This document shows positions 1 through 9,862 of a stretch of DNA of 64,000 bases, piece after piece. The stretch comes from a virus: IMG/VR virus record IMGVR_UViG_3300023174_000071, positions 32,001-96,000 of that record. One strand, written 5' to 3'. Positions within the stretch are counted from its first letter, which is position 1. Each line of letters starts with the position of its first letter. The position numbers and the translations under genes were made by a program. The notes under the pieces were generated by a model. It was not told the DNA's origin and made no database searches. It saw nothing but the letters and a program-made list of their open reading frames with translations.

Positions 1-154
1 ACATCGAATGACCGCAAACCTGTGGATAGCAACAAGCTATTGATGGAAGGCTTTGAAAAAATTCAAGGTCCGCAGATTCGGGGCATTTTGTTATTCAGGT
101 AATTATTTTCCAAATATTGTCGTACAATCGTTTATAAGTTTGGAAAAGAACATC

Positions 155-2551
155 ATGAATTCTGGTTTAAGTGTAGCTTCTCGAAGAATTATTTTAAAAA
201 CATTACAAAAATATGCTCAGCAATATTGGGGCAACTCTGGTGCTGGCATCTTATTTATTTGTAGCGAAGATAACACCTGTCTTTTAGCCTTAAGGTCTTC
301 TGGCGTTAATGAGCCCGGAACTTGGGGAGTTCCGGGTGGGGCTATAGAGAAAGGTGAATCACCAGAAATTGGCGCAGAAAGAGAGGTTAAAGAAGAGTTT
401 GGTTCATTACCGTCTTCATTTGAAGAGGTAACCAGAACTAAATTTAAATCCGATAATGATTTTGAATATACAACTTTTATTTATGATATTTCAAAAGATG
501 AAAAAAGAAATTGGTCAAAAAGGATTAAATTAAATTGGGAGAATGATCAATTTAAATGGTTTGATTTTTCAACCTTGCCATCAAATTTACACTTTGGCGT
601 TCAAAAAGTAAAGCAGCTTTTAGTGGAACAGTCCAACTTGTTTTTATTTCCCGAACGAAAAAACAATTGGGATCATTATCGGAATATATTGTCCAAGCTA
701 AAAACTTCCGTTAAAAAAGAAAATCAGCAGATTTTTAATTCTTTAATTTCTGAATTAGAAAACCCTCCCCAAACCGAAGGGAGAGAGCAGTTAGTTAACT
801 ATTCGAAATTAATTTCTGATAAAATGTTAGACTTATCTAAGTCATTATCTTCAGCAGGCGAAGAAGATATTGCTAAAAAAATTGAAGTTGCAGCAAACTC
901 AATCGTTAAAGAACTTGATCGTGATATGGTGGAAAGCGAACTTGTAAGTAAAGAGCAGGCGACAGATAAATTTCTTTATCATGGAACAAATTTTGGAGAT
1001 GTTCTTTCGCTATTAACAACCAAAACATTCCAGCCTACTGGAACATACAAGAAGGTATCGCTAACAACTAGTTTTGATTTGGCTTTAAAATTTGGCGATA
1101 CAGTTTTAGCTTTTGATGCTGATAAGCTAAAAGCGAAAGGTGCAAGAAAGATGCAATACGGAACAACGGATGAGGTTGCAAAAGCTAATTCTGAAGGCCG
1201 AGATGAAGATTCATTAGATCATCCCGAAGGCCCTATTATTCTAGATATATACAAATATGAGCAAGAGTGGTCTATTCGAACTCCATTTTCATTTGATCTA
1301 CAAGACCTTGATAGAATTTATTTCGTCTGTGATCCTAATCGTAAATATGGAAAAGAATCAAATACTTATGATGAAGCCATGGACCTTGTTCACTCGATTG
1401 TTGGAGACGAAGTCCCTCTTGTCTGTTCGAGCATAAAAGCAACAGCGCCATTTTATCCAGATCAATCTTCTAGAGTTTCTTCTGGTATCATTGGTTTGAA
1501 ATCATTTTTATTTACAAATATTCTCCGTGCATGTTCTGACTTAAAAGATATAAGACTTGAATATTTTAAAATAATGGAAAGACACGGTATACCAAACGAG
1601 TATATCAAATATGACCGTCTATACTCCTATTTAAATAATCTTATAAGTTTATTTAATGAAATGGAGACCGTTAAGAATGACCTTAATTTTTCATATGTAA
1701 ATAAAGATAGAGGCAAAGCTTCGGTCATTTTGAGATTAGATTCTTTATTATCAAGAATTCTTGGCTCAAACGAAATGAGTGAAGGTGAATCTTCACAAAA
1801 TAGTTTAACGGGGATTTCGGAGTTTACATATAGAGAATACTCTTATAGTGATTATTCGGCCTCGGCGCAGAAAGAAATAGAAGCTTTCGTAGAAAATCTA
1901 AATGAATATATTAAAGCTTTAATTTCAGAGCTAAAGAACAAGGTAAGTTTTTTTAAGCAAACTTCGAGTGAAGCAATAAAATTTTCAGATAAAGAATCTC
2001 TATATCCTTATATTTTTAATGATATATCTCTTCCGCCGTTTCTTAAGAGTAAGTTGTACGCCAAGAGTTCATCTTTATTTTCAGAAATATATAATGATTA
2101 TTTGAATGGCAATCTTTCTAATTATGGCGATGATTATAGAATCAAAAATAGACTGGAATCATTAGCAGAAAAAGCTCCGCCTGATGCTATCCCAACAGAG
2201 CTTCTAAAAGACAGACCAATAATTTTAATTGATCATATAAATCCAGATCTTTTTTCTGATCAGCAAATTAAAGATGCGCTATCAAGTCAAGATAACTATA
2301 ATGCTGATTGGATATTTAACTACAGATACGGCTTTGACAAAACAAAATTTCCGGCGCTCGATGATGCAAAAAAATACTTTGAAGAATGTGAACAGTCATA
2401 TCCCGGTTGCGCAAAAGATACCTTGAAATCTATAAAGGATATAAAATCAAAAGATTTTTACATGAGAGTGTTTAAAGTTTTGGGGCGTCAAGACTTAATT
2501 AATGATATAACAGATTTGATTGAGTTTTTGGAACAGCTATCTGCGAATTAA
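155..2551 (+). CDS. Multidomain protein: N-terminal NUDIX hydrolase plus ADP-ribosyltransferase-like domain; probable virion-associated protein
   Basis: Nudix box GGAIEKGESPEIGAEREVKEEFG; later LYHGT...VSLTT...YEQEW pattern typical of ART-like folds; ATG 155 preferred over TTG 53. Confidence 0.65.
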   Translation: MNSGLSVASRRIILKTLQKYAQQYWGNSGAGILFICSEDNTCLLALRSSGVNEPGTWGVPGGAIEKGESPEIGAEREVKEEFGSLPSSFEEVTRTKFKSDNDFEYTTFIYDISKDEKRNWSKRIKLNWENDQFKWFDFSTLPSNLHFGVQKVKQLLVEQSNLFLFPERKNNWDHYRNILSKLKTSVKKENQQIFNSLISELENPPQTEGREQLVNYSKLISDKMLDLSKSLSSAGEEDIAKKIEVAANSIVKELDRDMVESELVSKEQATDKFLYHGTNFGDVLSLLTTKTFQPTGTYKKVSLTTSFDLALKFGDTVLAFDADKLKAKGARKMQYGTTDEVAKANSEGRDEDSLDHPEGPIILDIYKYEQEWSIRTPFSFDLQDLDRIYFVCDPNRKYGKESNTYDEAMDLVHSIVGDEVPLVCSSIKATAPFYPDQSSRVSSGIIGLKSFLFTNILRACSDLKDIRLEYFKIMERHGIPNEYIKYDRLYSYLNNLISLFNEMETVKNDLNFSYVNKDRGKASVILRLDSLLSRILGSNEMSEGESSQNSLTGISEFTYREYSYSDYSASAQKEIEAFVENLNEYIKALISELKNKVSFFKQTSSEAIKFSDKESLYPYIFNDISLPPFLKSKLYAKSSSLFSEIYNDYLNGNLSNYGDDYRIKNRLESLAEKAPPDAIPTELLKDRPIILIDHINPDLFSDQQIKDALSSQDNYNADWIFNYRYGFDKTKFPALDDAKKYFEECEQSYPGCAKDTLKSIKDIKSKDFYMRVFKVLGRQDLINDITDLIEFLEQLSAN

Positions 2552-2553
2552 TC

Positions 2554-2979
2554 TCATTTCGAAAAAATGATGAGGCATCCTGCGAAAATTAGGATGCCAC
2601 CAAATACAACTTCTTTTGAAACGGTTTGGTTAAATAGTAACCAGGAAAATATAATAACAAAAAATGGATAAGAGATTTCTAGCATAGCGGCGGTGGATGA
2701 GCCTATTTTTACAATCGCTGAAAATGCAAAAAGACTAGCCAAGATAGATAAAGAATGGGCGGCGAAAGTTAATCCAACCGTTTTTAGATCGGCTTCTTCT
2801 CCAAAAAACTTCTGCAAATTAAATCCACGATAGGCAAAAAATATCATGGAGAAAGTTAAGGCCAAGACTCCATTTACAAAGATGATGGCATTTGGAGTTA
2901 ATGTTTTTAGAAATTTTCCATCCACCGCATAAACGAATCCCCATAATAATGCGGCAAGCACGCAAAATAAATAAGCCAT
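2554..2979 (-). CDS. EamA/DMT-family small membrane transporter
   Basis: About 5 hydrophobic segments; AALLWG and EISYPFF...LLFNQTVS...GGILIFAG patterns. Confidence 0.75.
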   Translation of the reverse strand: MAYLFCVLAALLWGFVYAVDGKFLKTLTPNAIIFVNGVLALTFSMIFFAYRGFNLQKFFGEEADLKTVGLTFAAHSLSILASLFAFSAIVKIGSSTAAMLEISYPFFVIIFSWLLFNQTVSKEVVFGGILIFAGCLIIFSK

Positions 2980-3023
2980 ATCTCCACCCTTCTAAAATGT
3001 CGGCAGAGAATAGTAGGATTAGG

Positions 3024-3030
3024 TGCTAAT
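3024..3030 (+). promoter_or_regulatory. Putative phage late-promoter motif TGCTAAT
   Basis: Recurs about 20-45 nt upstream of many start codons (see findings). Confidence 0.5.
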
Positions 3031-3053
3031 GTGTTTGATTAAAATAAGAGAGA

Positions 3054-3968
3054 ATGATGATGCAAGAACGGTTGAGAAAACTTTATTCTTTTTTGATTTC
3101 TGGTGGCTATTCAGATCAGGCGAATCAATTAGTTAAAACGGCGGCACCATTGGATATGTTTTACCCGGAATCTAAAGACTTATCTAATTGGCAAGATTGG
3201 ATGAGCAATCTGGTTACGCCAATTGTTATATTTAGTTTTGACTCTTCGGAATTAAAAGCTTCAGATATCAATAAAATGAGAAAAGTATTCGGCCATTCAG
3301 ATGATGAAGTTGAATTTGAAGAGGGCGAATATGATGTTGCGGTTCAGCCTTCATCTATGTTTTCCAATAGCAAAAAAGTCGCTACTGCAAATATATCTGA
3401 TTTTATTTCAGCATTTCCAGAATTTGGGGCGAAGCTTAAATTAAAATCATTAGATATTAATGATATTGTTTTAATGCTTTATAATAAGAAGCCAATCCAA
3501 ATGGGTTCGGTTACCTTTGATAGATCCCCGCAATATTTCGTCCATGACATCTTTCATTTCTTCGAAGAATTTAATCAAGACTTTGTTGCAAAATTTATTT
3601 TATCTATAAGTGATTTTTTAAAATTTGCATTGTCTTGTTATGAAGATGAATCAGGAAAATCGCCGGAACAAAATCTTTTTAAGAAATCATATTGGAAATT
3701 CTTTACAGGATTTTATTCTTTAGAGACGGATGCTAACGCTGACCTTTTCTCCATTGCAGCAAAAGGTGATTTTAAAAAGAGCTTTATGATTCCTGATGAG
3801 CTTTCTTTTAACGATAAGATTTATAAACTTGATCCTGAAAATAAATCAGAAATCATTAATCGATTTGAATCGCTAAATGGTTCTATAAATAAAATGTTGA
3901 AAAATTCGGATAATGATCCGCTAAAAGATTATAAGGGGAAAGTTTTGCTTCACGACTTTGTTCCGTGA
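3054..3968 (+). CDS. Hypothetical protein with N-terminal propeptide-like leader ending in KTAA
   Basis: 304-aa ORF; leader ERLRKLYSFLISGGYSDQANQLVKTAA. Confidence 0.7.
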   Translation: MMMQERLRKLYSFLISGGYSDQANQLVKTAAPLDMFYPESKDLSNWQDWMSNLVTPIVIFSFDSSELKASDINKMRKVFGHSDDEVEFEEGEYDVAVQPSSMFSNSKKVATANISDFISAFPEFGAKLKLKSLDINDIVLMLYNKKPIQMGSVTFDRSPQYFVHDIFHFFEEFNQDFVAKFILSISDFLKFALSCYEDESGKSPEQNLFKKSYWKFFTGFYSLETDANADLFSIAAKGDFKKSFMIPDELSFNDKIYKLDPENKSEIINRFESLNGSINKMLKNSDNDPLKDYKGKVLLHDFVP

Positions 3969-4202
3969 TTAGGAGCGGATTGTTTTCTTAAAAACGGTCT
4001 CTCCGTTTTTCTTCTTGATGTAAATTTTTGCCGACTCAAAATCTCCATCATAGATGTAGTTCAGATGCTCTCGGATAGCCTCTATAAAGGCTTTAATGTC
4101 TAGACTATCCCATCCGCCTAGATCTTGTTTATCTCCTGCTATAACACCATCCGCAATCAATTCAACGCTATCGTGATTACGATCCCAATGAGCCATGGCC
4201 AT
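3969..4202 (-). CDS. Hypothetical protein
   Basis: 77-aa ORF abutting the convergent gene. Confidence 0.55.
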   Translation of the reverse strand: MAMAHWDRNHDSVELIADGVIAGDKQDLGGWDSLDIKAFIEAIREHLNYIYDGDFESAKIYIKKKNGETVFKKTIRS

Positions 4203-4266
4203 TCCTGTTGATGAAGGAAATTAATGGTAACACAAAATCCCATTCAAAGCAAGTGCTAACTTTTAG

Positions 4267-4743
4267 CTACTCTTCGAAATCAGGAAGATCATCTGATTGT
4301 TTCGTTTCGCTAAAGTTTGCGACAACCGTTTCGCCACAGATGATTTTTCTTGTGGCATCCAATTCTTCTTTCTTGAATCCATCGCTATATTGCTTAGCTA
4401 AAGTCAAAAGTTCTTGAGCAGAAGCGAAGTCATTTTCCATCGCTTTCTGGCGGCTTTCTTCAATTAATTCTTTAGAGCGGATGGATGCTCGAAATACAGA
4501 AACCCATGAGTTTAAATTTTCAATTGTTTCAAGAATGGAGGCTTCAATATATGAAAAGTCTCCATCAATTTCTTTCCAGTCTTCGGATAGTTTGGCTATA
4601 GCTTCATATGCAGCAAACCCGGAAGGATCATCGGAAAAGACATTGAATAAGTTTCCGTTAAACTCATCTTCCGGCGATATGATTAATTTTTCAATAATTA
4701 TATTTTCCAAAGTGAACTCTCTCTTTAACATTTCAAGTAACAA
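4267..4743 (-). CDS. Hypothetical acidic protein
   Basis: 158-aa ORF with normal composition. Confidence 0.65.
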   Translation of the reverse strand: MLLEMLKREFTLENIIIEKLIISPEDEFNGNLFNVFSDDPSGFAAYEAIAKLSEDWKEIDGDFSYIEASILETIENLNSWVSVFRASIRSKELIEESRQKAMENDFASAQELLTLAKQYSDGFKKEELDATRKIICGETVVANFSETKQSDDLPDFEE

Positions 4744-4800
4744 CCATTTCTCTTGCTCTCATTAACTGTTCTTGCTATATTCGCCAACAGAGAGTTATGA

Positions 4801-5319
4801 ATGCAAAATAAGTTTTCACATTTAGAGATTGTTGAGTTGATAACAGAAACCTTTAATATAGCGAATCATTTCAACCTTAAACTTTATAGCGCATCATATG
4901 ATGGATTAAAAAATCGTCTTGTTTCTGTTCGTTGGTTGAAAGATGAAGAAGATTATATTATCAGAAAATCTCTGAATCTTAAAACAGAAGATATTCTACT
5001 TCCGCCCAACGCTAGAAATAATAATTTTTGTATTTATTCTCATGCTGAATCATTTGTTGATGAAGTCATTTATCAGATTGTAATTTCATTTAAAGCTGAT
5101 TCTGGGAAAATAATTGGAGAATTTTCTTTTGTAGCCGATATACTGGATGACGATGATCTATTTTCATCGCCTTCTTTTTGGGTTTGCGCAAAAAATGAAA
5201 GGCTAACGGATCAAGATAGAATCTCTTGGTTGCTTGATGCAACGGAGGTTGATGATATCAAAAAATTTATTGTAAGCAGAATCATGCCGGCAACCATCAA
5301 CAGGCCGGAATGGAGATAG
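4801..5319 (+). CDS. Hypothetical protein, C-terminal-helix family
   Basis: Ends EVDDIKKFIVSRIMPAT...; preceded by TTGCTC-N17-TATATT. Confidence 0.7.
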   Translation: MQNKFSHLEIVELITETFNIANHFNLKLYSASYDGLKNRLVSVRWLKDEEDYIIRKSLNLKTEDILLPPNARNNNFCIYSHAESFVDEVIYQIVISFKADSGKIIGEFSFVADILDDDDLFSSPSFWVCAKNERLTDQDRISWLLDATEVDDIKKFIVSRIMPATINRPEWR

Positions 5320-5320
5320 T

Positions 5321-5731
5321 TTGAATATTCCAAACTATGAACAAAAAAGCATATCTGAAAAAGAAACAAAGGAAATGCTTAAATATATTCGTAAGAATTT
5401 CAAAAATAATAAATTGAAATTTCAAGAGGTCATGTATGTTGACTCTTCAGAGCAACCTCCGATTCAAACTGGTTGGTCAAACCTTATTTCCAATTTTCCT
5501 GATTACTTGAAGCTTATTGCTAATGTAAAAACAAAAGATGGCGTTTTAATCTTATCCTTCTTTAACACCAAATATGGTTTTCACATTCAAGGCAACTGGA
5601 CTTCTAAGGTTAAGGATGGATCAGTTGAGCATTACGAATATTCTCTTCCGTTAGGTTCAGCGATTGTAGACAAAGAAGTTCCAGAATATATTACAGAATT
5701 TACAATTCGGCATGCTCATATATTTTGTTGA
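5321..5731 (+). CDS. Hypothetical protein, C-terminal-helix family
   Basis: Ends VPEYITEFTIRHAHIFC. Confidence 0.7.
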   Translation: MNIPNYEQKSISEKETKEMLKYIRKNFKNNKLKFQEVMYVDSSEQPPIQTGWSNLISNFPDYLKLIANVKTKDGVLILSFFNTKYGFHIQGNWTSKVKDGSVEHYEYSLPLGSAIVDKEVPEYITEFTIRHAHIFC

Positions 5732-5790
5732 TTAACGATTCTTCTATTTTCGAGTGATATATAGGAAGTAGCCCTTCCGCTGAGAGTAAC

Positions 5791-6306
5791 ATGATAGTAA
5801 GGACTGAGTTTACAAGCGACCGGCTTTATGAGTTTCTTGAAAACTTAACCAAGTTATTTTCAGAATATTCTTTTGTTGCTATATTTTATTTGGGGAGCAA
5901 GATTTATTCTCCAAAGATAATTCATTATATGAAAACAGAAGGGGCGGAGATTAAGGATTCGACATTAGATGTTGGAAATCCAGAATCTATATCTTTTTGT
6001 TATACAGATTTGTCAGAATTAATTGCAGCGGTAAAGCAGCATCAAGAGCAACTTTATATCTCTGATGAGACTGTTTATTGCAATCATTCTTTTAGCGTTC
6101 AGATTTTTCAGCCGAATGAGAAGATTCTAATATTGTTTAGAAACAATTTTGAATATAGCGCAAATTGGTTATTTGATGTTTGTTATTTTGAATATGAAAA
6201 AGATGAGGGCAGTTTGATTATGGAAGCAAGCGATCTGCTGACGCATTCTCAAAATAAAGCATTAAATTTCTTAGTCATAAATAATCTTGATATGTTTCTA
6301 GATTAA
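5791..6306 (+). CDS. Hypothetical protein, C-terminal-helix family
   Basis: Ends NKALNFLVINNLDMFLD. Confidence 0.7.
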   Translation: MIVRTEFTSDRLYEFLENLTKLFSEYSFVAIFYLGSKIYSPKIIHYMKTEGAEIKDSTLDVGNPESISFCYTDLSELIAAVKQHQEQLYISDETVYCNHSFSVQIFQPNEKILILFRNNFEYSANWLFDVCYFEYEKDEGSLIMEASDLLTHSQNKALNFLVINNLDMFLD

Positions 6307-6334
6307 TTTCTTCAGTTAAGTTACAATAAAAACT

Positions 6335-6817
6335 ATGTCTTATACATTCAAAACAGAAACCGTTAGCATGGAAGAGATTTGTGAGCTTCTAAATGAAATA
6401 AAAAAAGAATGTTTTAAGTTTAAAGTTTGCATTAAAGATATTTACACTATGGATGTTGTAACTTTTTCTTTTTCAGAAAAGGGCGCAAAGCATCCTTGGG
6501 ATCCTTTCGACTTCTCAAAAACCTGCTCTGATGTTTTAAAAAACCAAACAGGAGAGTTGGTGGGCGAGATATCGTATTGCTTTAATAAAGATGAAGAAAA
6601 ATGGTTGATCATTGAGATAGACTCAGATGGAAAGGAGTTGTATATCTCGGCCTATATAAAGGTTTTAATTCATTACTTTACTGAAGACTATAGCAAAAGG
6701 ACAATGTCGGTATCGGAATCTGTAAGCTCAATTCTATCTGAAGATTGCCCGATTAAATTATCTCAAAACATAATTCTTTCTTTGCTAAGGTATCCTTATC
6801 TATTCTCTGTTCCCTGA
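6335..6817 (+). CDS. Hypothetical protein, C-terminal-helix family
   Basis: Ends LSQNIILSLLRYPYLFSVP. Confidence 0.7.
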   Translation: MSYTFKTETVSMEEICELLNEIKKECFKFKVCIKDIYTMDVVTFSFSEKGAKHPWDPFDFSKTCSDVLKNQTGELVGEISYCFNKDEEKWLIIEIDSDGKELYISAYIKVLIHYFTEDYSKRTMSVSESVSSILSEDCPIKLSQNIILSLLRYPYLFSVP

Positions 6818-6868
6818 TTCGTGAATCTAAAAATATGGTTGAATTTTGGAATCATATGAGGGTTTAGG

Positions 6869-7345
6869 ATGGCAAGAAGAATATATCATAACGAATTAGC
6901 GGCGTTTCTTGTAAAATTGCTTAAAGCTTTTCCTACAAGAACAGCCCTTATTTTAAAGCAAAAACATGGCGAGAGAATCGTTCAAATAAAATATCCCCAA
7001 GAAATATTGAACAAAATCTCTCTGGACTTCGCTCGCCATAATCGCTTTCTAAAAAGTGAGAGCGCTTCTTCGTTATTAAAGATTGGCTTAAATCAACTGC
7101 TATCTTTTCGCCCTAATGTTTCGCATCAGATAATGGTTACGTTATCTTCCGATTGTCATTTTGTTATTCAAATCTTGACGATGGATGTTTCATTTGAAGA
7201 AGGCATTCAGGCGATCATTTCATCTCCGGCGTTTTACATTGGAGAAGAATTAGTCTTTGATATCGACAAAGCCACAAAGAGTGGTAGTATGAATAAAACG
7301 CAAGCAGAAATGGTTAAGCGACTTTTCGCCAAGAGAATCGAATGA
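6869..7345 (+). CDS. Hypothetical protein
   Basis: 158-aa ORF within the array; ATGA overlap with the next gene. Confidence 0.7.
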   Translation: MARRIYHNELAAFLVKLLKAFPTRTALILKQKHGERIVQIKYPQEILNKISLDFARHNRFLKSESASSLLKIGLNQLLSFRPNVSHQIMVTLSSDCHFVIQILTMDVSFEEGIQAIISSPAFYIGEELVFDIDKATKSGSMNKTQAEMVKRLFAKRIE

Positions 7346-7833
7346 ATAAATCCTTAGTGTTTGATGAGTCAGAATTTAAGGAATTCACAAAAGAACTAAA
7401 GAAAGCTTTTGGTTCTTATGTTGGCTATTACCTGCCGGATGCTGCTTGGGGAGAATTTTCAAATAGAGAATATTTTGGAAAGACTCTAAAGAATGGCGAT
7501 GAGATTATCGAAAAATTCAAGCGAGCAATAGTTCAACCTGAAAAGATAGATGGAGTTATGTCTGGCGGTATTTTAATATCCGCCTTTCTTCCGCTTCATT
7601 TGTTTATATGTTTTAAGCAGAATCGACCGTGCTTTCTCTTCTTCTCTATTGAAATTAGATATTCAAAGAATCTGCAGAATATAAATTTTTCAATAATAGA
7701 TGTATCATGGGAAGAAGAGTTGGAAGATTTAACAGTAGAAACAACAAGACATATTCAGCCGATCTTGGATAAAGATTCTGTTCCAGAAGAGTTGAAAGCT
7801 TTTTTAATCTCAAATCTACATTTACTTAAGTGA
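7342..7833 (+). CDS. Hypothetical protein, C-terminal-helix family
   Basis: Ends VPEELKAFLISNLHLLK. Confidence 0.7.
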   Translation: MNKSLVFDESEFKEFTKELKKAFGSYVGYYLPDAAWGEFSNREYFGKTLKNGDEIIEKFKRAIVQPEKIDGVMSGGILISAFLPLHLFICFKQNRPCFLFFSIEIRYSKNLQNINFSIIDVSWEEELEDLTVETTRHIQPILDKDSVPEELKAFLISNLHLLK

Positions 7834-8339
7834 AAATGTTGTTACTAGAAAAAATAGCGAGCATTCAAATTGATGTAGATGCAGCAAGAGAATTGCTGTT
7901 AGACATACCATGCTGGTTAGATTTTTCTATGTTCAAAGTCTACGCTGCAAAGTATAAGAATTTTGAGGTTAATTCTAAAAACGATCTACATCATTTGTTC
8001 TCACAGCTATCTCGGGATTGTTTTAATATTGAGAAGTTAGCTGTAACTCCAAGAACAGAAAAAGACTGCCTTCATCATGCTTTGACCATGATTCCGACAG
8101 CCTTATGTGCTATTGATTTATATTCTAAATTTTCGGAATCATATCTGAAATTAAATTTCGATTATGATTTTGATCCAACAAATGCGAATAGATTTGGAGT
8201 TAATCTATATTTGGCTCGGGTTCATTACGCTCACTCTGAGCTTCCGCTTATTTACAATTCCAATATCGAGCAGGCTATGGGCGAAGTCTCAGAAGATTTA
8301 AAGATTGTATTAATTAACAATCTTCATATTTTCCGTTAG
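7830..8339 (+). CDS. Hypothetical protein, C-terminal-helix family
   Basis: Ends VSEDLKIVLINNLHIFR. Confidence 0.7.
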   Translation: MKMLLLEKIASIQIDVDAARELLLDIPCWLDFSMFKVYAAKYKNFEVNSKNDLHHLFSQLSRDCFNIEKLAVTPRTEKDCLHHALTMIPTALCAIDLYSKFSESYLKLNFDYDFDPTNANRFGVNLYLARVHYAHSELPLIYNSNIEQAMGEVSEDLKIVLINNLHIFR

Positions 8340-8539
8340 GCTTCAGCGGAAGTTTGAGTTAGAACCTTTTCCAGATATCTAATCAGCTTTGAGCTTCTTC
8401 GAAAAGATGAAGATAAGATTTTCCAACTTTCAATAGCATCTGGGGCGTCAAGAGCTTTCTGTAAAGAGATATCGACTTCTTTTAAGATGCCGATATAGCA
8501 AACGCTGTTGATTGCAAAATTCCAACTATCTGAACTCAT
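8336..8539 (-). CDS. Small helical hypothetical protein (paralog of 8555-8758)
   Basis: 67 aa; SW..CYI..ESW..LE..L..T.A.A pattern. Confidence 0.6.
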   Translation of the reverse strand: MSSDSWNFAINSVCYIGILKEVDISLQKALDAPDAIESWKILSSSFRRSSKLIRYLEKVLTQTSAEA

Positions 8540-8554
8540 AGTTCACCAGTTTGA

Positions 8555-8758
8555 TTAAGCCATAGCGTTGGTGTTCGCCAAATCTTCTTCAAGCTTTAGA
8601 AGCTCGCTTTTCGCAATTTCAATTTCATCCATTAGGCGAAAGCTTTCCATGCTTCCAATTTGCTTTGTGTCGAGCTCATCAATCATCTTATTGATGACGA
8701 AACCATTTTGAATATAACAAATAGCTTGCAACATATCAATCCAAGAAATTTCGTTCAT
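8555..8758 (-). CDS. Small helical hypothetical protein (paralog of 8336-8539)
   Basis: 67 aa; GGAG RBS; same pattern as its neighbour. Confidence 0.65.
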   Translation of the reverse strand: MNEISWIDMLQAICYIQNGFVINKMIDELDTKQIGSMESFRLMDEIEIAKSELLKLEEDLANTNAMA

Positions 8759-8847
8759 CAGTCACTCCATTCTCGAAGGTTCACAAACTATATAACTAAG
8801 ATGGAGTGCAAGTGCAATGAATATTGTTGTGAGTTGCGATTTTGAAA

Positions 8848-9378
8848 TCACAAATGAAACAAATCAATATTAAGAAGAATGAATTTTTTCAACTCATCGG
8901 ATTTGCTTTTCTCAAGAAGCAACTCAACGGCGGCATTATTTCTTCCATGAAAGCTTGTGCTGGCGCTCCAATTGCAAGAGTTGCTATATCCAAACTTTAA
9001 ATCAATAAAATATTTGAAATTTAGAAAGGATTCTTTGCTTAAAAATAGCTGAATCTCGCAGTATTCGCTTCCCTCTTCGGTCGCTATATCTTTATTGAAA
9101 TTCATTTCCAATATTGATTCGTCGGATAGCTGTTCGATATCTATGTCAAATAAAAAATTTAACGCTTCAGGTTTTTCTTTAACATCTATCTTTAGGTCGG
9201 GGTATACCAACTCATCTTTGTAAGTAACGGGCTTAGCTTTTTCTCTACAAAATGAGTCATCTAGTCTTTGATTCCATGACGCATAATGAAATGGCCTTAT
9301 AATTTCAACGCAAGAAAATGTTTCTGTTGCTGCTCTTATGAATTGTTCGATATCATCTTTTATCTCTTCATAGTTCAT
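8848..9378 (-). CDS. Hypothetical protein, C-terminal-helix family
   Basis: Ends KSDELKKFILLNIDLFHL. Confidence 0.7.
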   Translation of the reverse strand: MNYEEIKDDIEQFIRAATETFSCVEIIRPFHYASWNQRLDDSFCREKAKPVTYKDELVYPDLKIDVKEKPEALNFLFDIDIEQLSDESILEMNFNKDIATEEGSEYCEIQLFLSKESFLNFKYFIDLKFGYSNSCNWSASTSFHGRNNAAVELLLEKSKSDELKKFILLNIDLFHL

Positions 9379-9432
9379 TTATTTTTACACTTATTTATAT
9401 TAAAAGCAAAATAGTTAATAGGAGTCCACCTC

Positions 9433-9807
9433 ATGGCTAGATTAAAAGATATTGCAAAAATTTCAACAACAATAGATGAACCAGATTTTTGGATTTGTAT
9501 AAAAGGAAGCGAAAAAAACTTAGGCGAAGTTCGAAAAACAAAGCCAGAAAAATCAACATCTTGGGCGGGAATAAAGGTGAAAGAAGAATATCTAGATCGT
9601 ATTCTTCCGAATTACCTGTTTTATGTTATGATGTATTTTTATAATTCCGGCATCTTTCGTCAACTTAGCATGGGAACGTTAGACTTACAGCATCTAAGAA
9701 TTGAAGATATAGGTTCAAAAATACAACTTGATATACCAGAATCTATAGAAAGCAAAGCATCTAGAAGATTTGTTTTAAATCAATTATTTAAATTTGCATC
9801 AAAATAG
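9433..9807 (+). CDS. Hypothetical phage protein, weakly resembling a type I R-M specificity (TRD) fold
   Basis: RLKDIAKI...ILPNYLFYVM...GT.LQHLRIEDI pattern; AGGAG RBS; C-terminal ASRR...KFA. Confidence 0.6.
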   Translation: MARLKDIAKISTTIDEPDFWICIKGSEKNLGEVRKTKPEKSTSWAGIKVKEEYLDRILPNYLFYVMMYFYNSGIFRQLSMGTLDLQHLRIEDIGSKIQLDIPESIESKASRRFVLNQLFKFASK

Positions 9808-9850
9808 CAAAAGCCACGAAGGTTAACCCCCTCGTGGCTCTTATTTGTTT
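9808..9850. terminator. Bidirectional intrinsic terminator
   Basis: AGCCACGA/TCGTGGCT stem between convergent genes, flanked by A and T runs. Confidence 0.7.
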
Positions 9851-9862
9851 TTGGTTAATTTA

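Noticed and set aside
4801-9378. Diversity-generating retroelement or integron cassette array behind the ORF cluster
   Set aside because: No reverse transcriptase, integrase, attC-like or nucleotide-level repeats were seen; the similarity is only at protein level
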